Shown: piece after piece, positions 31,288 to 39,666 of the stretch | How the letters are laid out: each line of letters begins with the position of its first letter | Position numbering within the stretch: the stretch's first letter is position 1 | Assembly (NCBI GenBank): GCA_963662315.1 | Contig: OY759353.1 | Span: 1,184,001-1,248,000 of the forward strand | Origin: Geopsychrobacteraceae bacterium | Lineage (GTDB): Bacteria; Desulfobacterota; Desulfuromonadia; Desulfuromonadales; Geopsychrobacteraceae | DNA length: 64,000 bases | Reading direction: 5' to 3' | Translations under genes and position numbers: made by a program | Notes under the pieces: generated by a model | What the model saw: the letters and a program-made list of their open reading frames with translations, nothing else | The model's database searches: none | Told to the model about the DNA's origin: nothing

Positions 31288-32721
31288 ATGGCAAAAGCAC
31301 CTAAAGTACTCAGCGAAGAAGAAAAACAAAAAGTTGACGAGTTGTTTATCCGTGCCCGTGCTGCTCAGGCTCAGATCGAAAACGTTGATCAGGAAACCAT
31401 CGACCGTGCGGTTCAGGCTGTCGCCTGGGCTGCAGCCAACGAAAAAACCTTCACCCGCCTGGCTCAGATGGGTGTCGATGAAAGTGGTCTCGGTGATCGT
31501 GCCGGTCGTCCTTACAAGCGCGCCAAAATCATCGGTATCCTGCGTGATTGTCTGCGTGAGAAAAGTGTTGGCATTATCGAAGAGATTCCGGAAAAAGGGA
31601 TCACCAAGTACGGCAAGCCGGTTGGGGTTGTTGCCTGTCTGATCCCGACCACCAACCCGGCTCTCACTCCGCCGACCAATGGTCTGTACTCACTGAAAGC
31701 ACGGAACGCCACCATCTTTGCACCGCATCCACGCAGCAAGCAAACCACTTTCGAAACCATCGCCGTGATGCGTGCCGCGCTGAAAAAGGTCGGTCTTCCG
31801 GAAGATCTGTTTCTGTGCATCGACAAGCCAAGCATTCCATCTTCCCAGTACCTGATGAGCCAGGCTGACCTGTCCATCGCCACCGGAGGTCCTGCCATGG
31901 TTCAGGCGGCTTACAGTTCAGGCAAGCCTGCTTACGGTGTTGGTGCCGGTAACGCCACCATGTGTTTCGATGAAACCACCGCCCAGGATGTCAAAACTGC
32001 CGCCAAGAATGTGCGTCTGTCCAAAACCGCCGACTACGGCTCAGGCTGCAGCGCCGACGGTAACCTGGTCATTCACGACAGCGTTTATGATGATATGATC
32101 GAGTGCCTGAAAGCTGAAGGCGGTTACCTGTGTAACGCAGAAGAAAAAGCCAAGCTGACTGCTGTGCTGTGGGACGACGAGTTGCACCGGACCATCGACA
32201 CCATCGCCTGCAGCGCTCAGTCCATCGCGGAAAAAGCCGGCTTCAACATTCCTGAAGATGTCTGCATGCTGCTGTGCGAAGAGGACAACATCGGTCCTGA
32301 GTACCCCTGGTGTAAAGAGAAGATGGCTCCGATCATCGGTCTTTTCAAATACAGTGGCGGTTACGACAAAGCTCTTGAACGCCTGCAAGCGATTTACAGA
32401 GTTGGTGGTCGTGGCCACTCCTGTGGAATCTACAGTTTTAACGAAGAGCATATCCATATGCACGCCATGGCTATGCCGGTCAGTCGTGTCATGGTTCGCC
32501 AGCCCCAGTCCAAGGCGAACTCCGGTTCATTGACCAACGGGATGCCGATGACGTCTTCCATGGGTTGCGGCACCTGGGGTGGCAACATCACCAACGAGAA
32601 CGTTCACCTGAAGCATTACATGAACGTGACCTGGGTTGCGCGTCCGATTCCTGAAGACCGTCCAAGTGATGAGGAATTGTTCGGTGAATTCTACAACGAC
32701 GAAAGCCTGGTTTTCCCTTAA
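31288..32721 (+). CDS. CoA-acylating aldehyde dehydrogenase (SauS/EutE-like)
   Basis: PVGVV…PTTNP, HPRS, ATGG…AYSSGKPAYGVGAGN, catalytic GCS, EKMAP, MGCGTWGGN; start after AGGAG. Confidence 0.88.
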   Translation: MAKAPKVLSEEEKQKVDELFIRARAAQAQIENVDQETIDRAVQAVAWAAANEKTFTRLAQMGVDESGLGDRAGRPYKRAKIIGILRDCLREKSVGIIEEIPEKGITKYGKPVGVVACLIPTTNPALTPPTNGLYSLKARNATIFAPHPRSKQTTFETIAVMRAALKKVGLPEDLFLCIDKPSIPSSQYLMSQADLSIATGGPAMVQAAYSSGKPAYGVGAGNATMCFDETTAQDVKTAAKNVRLSKTADYGSGCSADGNLVIHDSVYDDMIECLKAEGGYLCNAEEKAKLTAVLWDDELHRTIDTIACSAQSIAEKAGFNIPEDVCMLLCEEDNIGPEYPWCKEKMAPIIGLFKYSGGYDKALERLQAIYRVGGRGHSCGIYSFNEEHIHMHAMAMPVSRVMVRQPQSKANSGSLTNGMPMTSSMGCGTWGGNITNENVHLKHYMNVTWVARPIPEDRPSDEELFGEFYNDESLVFP

Positions 32722-32731
32722 CGAAATATCT

Positions 32732-32755
32732 GGCCAGCCTGCATTCAGGCTGGCC
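32732..32755 (+). other. Intercistronic stem-loop after the aldehyde dehydrogenase gene
   Basis: GGCCAGCCTG-CATT-CAGGCTGGCC perfect 10-bp stem. Confidence 0.55.
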
Positions 32756-32802
32756 GATAATGCATTTAAATACAGGCAAAAAGTATTCAGGAGCAACCTG
32801 CT

Positions 32803-33645
32803 ATGAATAAGCAGTTTTCATTAGAACCTTTGACAATTATCAGTTGCCCACCACCAGAAATGGTGCGGATTGCAGCTCGTACCGGATATGATTTTATTAG
32901 CTTTCGTAACATTCCAATGGGTGTCGCTGGAGAATACTCTTTCTATCCCGAAGACAAAGCTATGGTTCAGGAAACCAAAGCAGCCCTTAAAGAAACAGGT
33001 ATTGGTGTTCACGATATAGAACTAGCCAGAATTTTGCGCGACGTTGATCTTAAAAGCTATGTGCCTGCTATGGAAATGGGTGCAGATCTTGGTGCCAAGC
33101 ACTTGATTTCCAGTGCATGGACCGACATTCGCATTGATCGCAATTTCATTGTTGAAAGTTTCGCTGAAATTTGCGACCTAGCCAAACCGTTCGGGTTAAC
33201 TGTCAGCCTTGAATTCCCCAGTTTTTCTCGCCTAACCAATCTTCAAGAAGCTGCTGATATCGTTCGGGCTGCAGGACGCACAAATTGCGGCATTCTGCTT
33301 GATACCCTATATCTTCACTTTTCCGACATCGGACTTGCAGAAATCTCAGCACTACCCCAGGAGTGGTTCCAGTTTGTCCATCTCAGTGATGCTCCAGCTG
33401 AAATCCCGCAAACCCGGGATGGACTGATTCAGATTGCCAGGGATGCACGCCTTTACCCAGGTGAAGGTTGTATTGATTTTGCTGCGATAGACGCCGTACT
33501 CCCTGATGTCATTTATTCGATTGAACTGCCGAACAATAAGCGAATCGAAGAACTTGGTTTCGAGGGGCATGCCCGGCGCTGTCTAGAAGCAGCTAAGAAT
33601 TATTTTGCCGAACATTGTCAAGAGGCGATCACCGCTGAGTCTTAA
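32803..33645 (+). CDS. Sugar-phosphate isomerase/epimerase-like TIM-barrel protein, copy 2
   Basis: LEF, DTLY, HLSD, RLYPGEG.ID, IELP; clear paralogue of 30011-30820 (PPEM…AARTGYD). Confidence 0.85.
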   Translation: MNKQFSLEPLTIISCPPPEMVRIAARTGYDFISFRNIPMGVAGEYSFYPEDKAMVQETKAALKETGIGVHDIELARILRDVDLKSYVPAMEMGADLGAKHLISSAWTDIRIDRNFIVESFAEICDLAKPFGLTVSLEFPSFSRLTNLQEAADIVRAAGRTNCGILLDTLYLHFSDIGLAEISALPQEWFQFVHLSDAPAEIPQTRDGLIQIARDARLYPGEGCIDFAAIDAVLPDVIYSIELPNNKRIEELGFEGHARRCLEAAKNYFAEHCQEAITAES

Positions 33646-33667
33646 CTGCCGGTTTTGCAACACACGC

Positions 33668-33720
33668 GCTGCGTAACACCATCTACAGCATGATGATGTT
33701 ACGCAGCCCAGGTGTTTTTT
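33668..33720 (+). terminator. Terminator-like hairpin
   Basis: GCTGCGTAACA…TGTTACGCAGC followed shortly by T6. Confidence 0.55.
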
Positions 33721-33968
33721 CCTAAGCTCACCATTATTCATCTCAATTATCTCTAGCCAACGACCAAACCACCTCATCAAAGCCCCCTGACGAGCTTCTG
33801 TCAGAATAAAACGCTGCTGTTTTCCATGCGGCTAAGTGACATATATCAACCCGAGAAGATATCTTGCCAAAACATTATAAGTTACTTAAAAATAAGAATT
33901 TTCCCTTAAGTACGATATAGTTTGATTATCAGCATTATTTCATCAACCCTGTCCAAGGAGGTGTCATC

Positions 33969-34457
33969 ATGCTACCACTCTACAAAAATATTCTTATCCC
34001 TACAGATTTCTCCGAAAACTCGAACCTGGCGTTCCGCCATGCAGTTATGCTGGCCAGACAAAATAACGCGCAAATCTACCTCCTTCATGTCATTCCACCG
34101 CTTGATCAATCGATGAAAAACTACCTGTCAACCTATATGGACCAGAAAATTGTGGATGAAATGGAGCAAAATAAAATGCAGTCACATCAGGAAGACCTTA
34201 AAAAGGAACTGCAAAATTTTACTCAAACAGAACTTGGTGATTTCCCTGAGGATCTGAAGCGATTCGTCTGTATCACTGTTGAGGTAGGTCAGCCTGTTGC
34301 CAAAATTCTTGAAGTTGCTGTAGAAAAAGATATCGACGTGATCGTTATGGGCACCCATGGCCGCGGAATAATCGAGCATGCCTTTTTAGGCAGTGTTGCT
34401 GAAAAGGTCTTGCGCAAGGCACACTGCCCGGTATTCGTTGTTCCACTGAAGCCTTGA
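33969..34457 (+). CDS. Universal stress protein (UspA family)
   Basis: YKNILIPTDFS, LLHV, IVMGTHGRG…LGSVAEKVLRKAHCPV. Confidence 0.93.
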   Translation: MLPLYKNILIPTDFSENSNLAFRHAVMLARQNNAQIYLLHVIPPLDQSMKNYLSTYMDQKIVDEMEQNKMQSHQEDLKKELQNFTQTELGDFPEDLKRFVCITVEVGQPVAKILEVAVEKDIDVIVMGTHGRGIIEHAFLGSVAEKVLRKAHCPVFVVPLKP

Positions 34458-34524
34458 GAAGAAGAAAACCGCTGCAACCATGGCAATGCAAGAGGCTTGA
34501 ACTAGCTGCGATTGATAAAGATTG

Positions 34525-34570
34525 CGCCCTGAATCCCTTTTGAGGACACCACCCAAAGGGGTTCAGGGCG
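34525..34570. terminator. Hairpin between convergent usp and isomerase genes
   Basis: CGCCCTGAATCCCTTT…AAAGGGGTTCAGGGCG. Confidence 0.55.
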
Positions 34571-34589
34571 ACCAAAATTCTTCCGAGAG

Positions 34590-36176
34590 TCAGGCAACCC
34601 CACACAGGAAAGCCTTAATTCCCAGGGCATCCGCTAATGCAGCCTTGGCACGCATGGCACGTTCGGCTTCAGCTGCTGAATTAGCATAAGCAACCTGAAT
34701 ATGGTTTGATTTATGATGGCCCATCATTTGATCGCGACTAACACCATAAAGAATCGCGTTCATCATCGGCCACTCAGGACTGGTCAGCCGGGAACGCCGC
34801 TCGCGCTCTTGATCTGGCAGGTCAACAGCTTCTCCCAGGCCGAGATCCATTTTCAACTGATGATCCTCTACGTAAACCCTGCTCCAGATGATTGCGCCTG
34901 GTCTGGCATAACCTTTTAGCGTCCCCCCCCCGGAAGGGAAATACATGGGCGGCTGACGAAAACTTTCAGAACCAGCCCACCCTCCTTGATGATGTGCAGG
35001 TGGAGCGCCACCGGAAATCTCGAAAACCCAGACAAAATCGTTACACGCGCCTGAGTGGTCAAAATCTCCCCAGCGAATATCGTGCAGAGTCGTTTCAACA
35101 GGCTGCCCAAGTTCCCGATGTACGCGGTTTGTCAAGATACCGTCAAGACCTGCGCACTCATCAACCTCATTAAAATGAACAATAGCCTGCCCTGACCTTA
35201 TGATACTCCCGTCTTCCGCAAGCACATCAGGACGTTCATCATTATTCAGCATGCCTTCAACGAGGTCTGAAGCCGGCAGTAAATCCTTCAACCCCTGCTG
35301 ATATTGGATACCAATCGCTTCGCAACCAAACTCGTGAGCCATTCTTACCGCAGCGATATACATTCGGCATTGATCCAGAACCTGACTTTCCGTCAATTCC
35401 GTTGCCGGGTCTGCGCCCAGATGAATTTTCAATCCTCGCGCCATAAGCCAGGAATAAATGCGGCGCGCATCCTCTTCAGACACCTGCCGGGTCGCATAAT
35501 AAAGGGCCGACTGGGATAGACGTTCTTTAAAAATCCCCATGGACATAAGCAGCTCATCAGGAATGATGGCATTGTACATCCCCATACATCCTTCATCAAA
35601 AACCCCCATAATAACCTTGTTACTACGGATATCGTCCGCAATAACCTGCATCGCGGCCAGGTCAGATGAGGAGGAGGGATCAAAGGGGTGAACATGGGAG
35701 CAATCATGAGATACATTCCCCTTCACCAGCCATTGGTTCATTTTTTCCTGAAAATATACGTCTTCAAAATCTTCACTCCATAAGGTCGAATACGGGATTC
35801 CTGCTTTGGTCAGGCCGGCGTTCAGATTAAGCACCCCCACCAGTCCCGGCCATTGTCCCGACCAGTTGGCCAAAGTCAGAATCGGCCCGCGATGCGATGT
35901 CAGACCGGGTAACACATGATGGGTATACTGCCAGACAGCTTCAGCTACGATAACAGGCATGTCCGGATCAATACGTTTAAAAACATCCATACCTTCACGT
36001 TGACTCGAAATAAACCCGTGACCACTCTCTTTAACCGGGTGAGCACGCCAGACTTCATGCCCCATATCGACCAGGATTTTGGTTAGTTTTTCTTCCATCG
36101 CCGCCTGTGTTGGCCAACACACATTGTTAGCACTTTCACGTAAATCTCCTGACGCGACCATTGCGATCCGACTCAT
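34590..36176 (-). CDS. L-fucose/D-arabinose isomerase-like protein (FucI superfamily)
   Basis: NWSGQWPGLV, IGIQYQQG, FNEVDECAG (metal ligands), SNHIQVAY; clustered with a pentulose kinase. Confidence 0.7.
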   Translation of the reverse strand: MSRIAMVASGDLRESANNVCWPTQAAMEEKLTKILVDMGHEVWRAHPVKESGHGFISSQREGMDVFKRIDPDMPVIVAEAVWQYTHHVLPGLTSHRGPILTLANWSGQWPGLVGVLNLNAGLTKAGIPYSTLWSEDFEDVYFQEKMNQWLVKGNVSHDCSHVHPFDPSSSSDLAAMQVIADDIRSNKVIMGVFDEGCMGMYNAIIPDELLMSMGIFKERLSQSALYYATRQVSEEDARRIYSWLMARGLKIHLGADPATELTESQVLDQCRMYIAAVRMAHEFGCEAIGIQYQQGLKDLLPASDLVEGMLNNDERPDVLAEDGSIIRSGQAIVHFNEVDECAGLDGILTNRVHRELGQPVETTLHDIRWGDFDHSGACNDFVWVFEISGGAPPAHHQGGWAGSESFRQPPMYFPSGGGTLKGYARPGAIIWSRVYVEDHQLKMDLGLGEAVDLPDQERERRSRLTSPEWPMMNAILYGVSRDQMMGHHKSNHIQVAYANSAAEAERAMRAKAALADALGIKAFLCGVA

Positions 36177-37798
36177 AGCACAGCCTCCTTCATTAGGGCA
36201 GCGTAGTCAGCATGATCCTGCTGCATACGTCGCATAACTTTATACTTCGCCTGATGGTACGTTGAAATCTGGCCGCCACGCGGAAGTAGAACGTGTCCCT
36301 TACCGCTCATGGCGTCCATGGCACTGGCGATACCGCAATACTCACCGGCAGCAACGGCCCCCAGCATGGCACTGCCAAGTAATACCGGCTCTGCAGTGTC
36401 CGGCACCACAACAGCACAACCTGTTGCATCAGCATGCTCCCTGAGAAACAGCTGATTACGCGCCAGCCCCCCGCTGACCACCAAGGTGTCAACCGGAATC
36501 CCGGAGTGGCGCATTTCTTCTATGATATGACGGCTTCCATAAGCCAGAGCCTGCAGAGTGGCCAGATAATCAAGAGCAAGGTCATAACTTCCAACATCGA
36601 GCGTCAAACCGTCGATGGAACCGTGTCGCCAAGGTTCGGCCAGAGGAGATCGATTGCCATGGAAATCGGGCTGAATATGCCTGTGTCGAGTTAAAAAAGC
36701 GCTCTCATCACCACCGGCCTCGTTCAATATCTCTTCCAACCGCTGGTAGATTGTTTTACCGGCGGCGCGAGCTTCTTCCGTGAGCTCACGGGCGGACGCA
36801 TGACGGGCGATAACAGCATCAATGAGCGCACCAGCTGCCGACTGCCCCCCTTCGTTGGCCCAATGATCCGGGAGCAATACAGAATAATAGGGGCCCCATA
36901 CGCCAGACACATAACAGGGCTCTCGGGAAATACTAATGTGACAGGTTGAGGTCCCGGCAATCAGTGCAAGCCTCCCTTCGGATGAGCTGCCGTTGACACC
37001 GAGGGTACCAAGAGCACCGGCATAGGCATCAATCATACCGGAAGCAACGGCAATGCAAGCAGGTAAACCCAACTCCTCCGCTGCTGTAGCGGATAAAGGT
37101 CCAGCCAAACATCCAGGACCAAGAAAAGAGTTTCCAATGCTAGAATGATTATTAGCAGCGAGACAGCCGAGGCCGATCATCTTAAGAAAATTATCATCCC
37201 ACCCCTCACCTGCACCGCCAAGATGGCCACGATAGGTCCACTTGCACACAGGCGAGCAGAGGGAACGCTCATAACCGCCGGTCGCTCGATGGACCAACCA
37301 ATCGGGCAGATCCCAAAAATAGGCCGCCCGCTGCCAGCTATCGGGAAGGTTCTTTTTCAACCACAGCAGTTTAGGCATTTCCATCTCAGGAGAGATAACC
37401 CCTCCAACATAGCGTAATACTTCTGCCTTGGTGCGGTTGATCTCTTCTGCTTCACCGATGGCACGATGGTCCATCCATAAAATAATATCCTGATTAGCAT
37501 TAAAATCAGGACTGACAGAGACAGGCTTATCATACTTATCGGTAACTACCAGCGAACATGTGGCATCAAACCCCAGGCCACCGATGGTCTCAATCTTAAT
37601 ACCTGCATTCGTTACGGCCTGACGAACGCTATAGATAATGGCGTTCCATATCTCGGCAGAGCTTTGCTGACAAAAATCAGCAGCGGGCCGGAAAGTAGAT
37701 ATGTTCTTCTGAGCGGTGCCGAGACACTGCCCATGACTGTCAAACACCCCGGCCCGGGCGCTCCCGGTGCCAACATCAATCCCAATATAATTGGTCAT
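36173..37798 (-). CDS. FGGY-family pentulose kinase (D-ribulokinase-like)
   Basis: GIDVGTGSARAG, GFDATCSLV, WMDHRA, SPEMEMPKL, GVWGPY, EGGQSA, PDFHGNRSP. Confidence 0.9.
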   Translation of the reverse strand: MTNYIGIDVGTGSARAGVFDSHGQCLGTAQKNISTFRPAADFCQQSSAEIWNAIIYSVRQAVTNAGIKIETIGGLGFDATCSLVVTDKYDKPVSVSPDFNANQDIILWMDHRAIGEAEEINRTKAEVLRYVGGVISPEMEMPKLLWLKKNLPDSWQRAAYFWDLPDWLVHRATGGYERSLCSPVCKWTYRGHLGGAGEGWDDNFLKMIGLGCLAANNHSSIGNSFLGPGCLAGPLSATAAEELGLPACIAVASGMIDAYAGALGTLGVNGSSSEGRLALIAGTSTCHISISREPCYVSGVWGPYYSVLLPDHWANEGGQSAAGALIDAVIARHASARELTEEARAAGKTIYQRLEEILNEAGGDESAFLTRHRHIQPDFHGNRSPLAEPWRHGSIDGLTLDVGSYDLALDYLATLQALAYGSRHIIEEMRHSGIPVDTLVVSGGLARNQLFLREHADATGCAVVVPDTAEPVLLGSAMLGAVAAGEYCGIASAMDAMSGKGHVLLPRGGQISTYHQAKYKVMRRMQQDHADYAALMKEAVL

Positions 37799-37821
37799 GA
37801 AACCTCCACAGAAAATCAGAT

Positions 37822-38460
37822 TTACACTCTCATTGCTCTCTTTTTTGCGCTTTCAATATGGTTGGTCATGGCCAGAACTGCGCCAAGCTTGTCACGCTTT
37901 GATAGTGCCTCAATAATTGCCAGATGTTCATCCATAACGGACATAATCAATTCCGGAATAATACGGGTATCCTGTTGTCGAATAAGCCGGATTTTAATTG
38001 AATTAACCCGGTAAATATTGGCTATCAGGTCATTCCCTAAGCGATCAATCATGTGGTCATGCATTTGCCAGTCAAGCAGTTGAGCCTCGTTAAGCAGTTC
38101 CGGGGAGATATTAAGACCGGCTGCTTGCCTAATGTGGAGATGTTTATCACGTAAAGAAACGATTTCATCATCTGTTGCAACCTGAATAAAGTTGGCGACC
38201 CCTTCCTTTTCAAGCAACAACCTGAGCTGAAAAGCGTTACGGATTAAATTAAGATCAACATGGGCGACCTGCAAGCCACGCTTCGGAACGGTAACAATCA
38301 GGCCATCTGCTTCAAGCCGAGGAATCATTTCCCTGATAGCGGCCAATGTCATTCCCGTTATTTCAACCAGTTCCCGTTGTGAAACAATCTGTCCAGGCAT
38401 GATTTCCTGCGCCAACAACCGTTCGGTAAAGTTTTCATAGGCTTGATCGCGCATTAGCAT
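37822..38460 (-). CDS. GntR-family (FCD) transcriptional regulator
   Basis: SQRELVEITGMTLAAIREMIPRLEADGLI wHTH; FCD-type HD…EH…H; start ATG 38460 after GGAG. Confidence 0.9.
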   Translation of the reverse strand: MLMRDQAYENFTERLLAQEIMPGQIVSQRELVEITGMTLAAIREMIPRLEADGLIVTVPKRGLQVAHVDLNLIRNAFQLRLLLEKEGVANFIQVATDDEIVSLRDKHLHIRQAAGLNISPELLNEAQLLDWQMHDHMIDRLGNDLIANIYRVNSIKIRLIRQQDTRIIPELIMSVMDEHLAIIEALSKRDKLGAVLAMTNHIESAKKRAMRV

Positions 38461-38495
38461 AAGCAGCTCCACTGTCGTTCAGATCATGATTATGG

Positions 38496-39416
38496 TTAAG
38501 AATTAATAGATTTCACAAGCGCCACCATATCATTAACATTATCCGCATTGGAAGGTAGCAATGGCGGTCTGACATGAGTCCAGATCTCTTCATTGTAGTA
38601 TAAAGCAACAAGCGATTTCACCAGCGGAGTCACAGGATGACAGACCACCTTACTGACCAATTCGTTAACCGCCGGATGATCTTCTCCTGTAAGAATAAGA
38701 TCCTTAAGGACTCCGGGGAAAAGGTTGGCCATTCCGCTGATGGCCCCGGAACACCCCAAAGAGCCCGCTTTTGCCAAAAGACGCTCATCACCGATAAGTA
38801 CAGCAAGATCATCATTCTGGAGAAAATCAAGGGCACTCTGCCAGGATCCTGAACTATCCTTGACACCAAAAATGGCATCGCCAAAACGATCTTTCAAACG
38901 TCGAACCAAAGAACCCGGCAGAGAGATCTGAGTAACCTGGGGCAAATTATAGAGAATGAGCTGCAAATCGTATTGGACGAGGGCAGAGATAAAGTGTTCG
39001 TACCACAAAAGAATTCCCTCATCAGAGACACCATTGAAATAGAACGGTGGAGTCACCAACAATTTGGTGATGCCAAAGCGGCAGGCTTGTCTGGCCTGCT
39101 GAATAGCCTCCTCCAGGTTACTTGCGCAGATACACACGGTTACCGATTGGGCAGGCACAACCTGACCGACCAGGGAGTCCAGCAGCAGCTGCCTCTCGCT
39201 GGCACCGATTGAAGCCCCCTCCCCTGTGGTCCCGAACAGAGTGATGCCTCCAGCACCATTGTTCAAGACCCTGTCAGCATGTCGCTCAGCAGCTGTAACG
39301 GCCACCGTACCTTCAACATTAAATGGCGTGATCAGTGCTGTTGAAATACCAAAGGATGCAAATTTTACATTTCCGGCGGGTTCATAATTAGGCACAGTTT
39401 CCAACACTGTCGTCAT
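38496..39416 (-). CDS. DapA/N-acetylneuraminate-lyase family pyruvate aldolase, copy 2
   Basis: ALITPF, GTTGEG, PPFYF, LYNLP, GVKDS; start set at ATG 39416 after GGAG. Confidence 0.88.
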   Translation of the reverse strand: MTTVLETVPNYEPAGNVKFASFGISTALITPFNVEGTVAVTAAERHADRVLNNGAGGITLFGTTGEGASIGASERQLLLDSLVGQVVPAQSVTVCICASNLEEAIQQARQACRFGITKLLVTPPFYFNGVSDEGILLWYEHFISALVQYDLQLILYNLPQVTQISLPGSLVRRLKDRFGDAIFGVKDSSGSWQSALDFLQNDDLAVLIGDERLLAKAGSLGCSGAISGMANLFPGVLKDLILTGEDHPAVNELVSKVVCHPVTPLVKSLVALYYNEEIWTHVRPPLLPSNADNVNDMVALVKSINS

Positions 39417-39490
39417 ACTCATCTCCATCTCGTTGATCGTTAATAAGTCCGCTCCATCAATAAATATGTGCTGACCGCATAACATCTACA

Positions 39491-39500
39491 TAACATGTTA
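39491..39500. promoter_or_regulatory. Perfect palindrome TAACATGTTA, candidate GntR operator
   Basis: Lies just downstream of a minus-strand TTGACA (39507-39512) in front of the GntR-containing operon. Confidence 0.5.
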
Positions 39501-39561
39501 GCAAGATGTCAAGTTAATTTGAAATGGCAGGAAGATGAGTTACACTTTTTATAGAAAATTG

Positions 39562-39622
39562 TTGACAGAAAAGACCTTTGCCAATATCCTATTAACCATA
39601 ATTTGATCCTTTCCATTAGGAC
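39562..39622 (+). promoter_or_regulatory. Sigma70 promoter TTGACA-N17-TATCCT plus operator ATCCTT-N5-TAGGAC (39606-39622)
   Basis: Same architecture and spacing as promoters at 21073 and 31133. Confidence 0.7.
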
Positions 39623-39666
39623 GACATAGACAACCATATATATAAACTCGTATTGAGGAGGCCATC

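Noticed and set aside
27935..39416. Calling either DapA-family gene the lysine-biosynthetic dapA, or TRAP2 a true sialic-acid system
   Set aside because: No dapB or nanE/nanK/nagA genes nearby; substrate cannot be fixed from motifs alone
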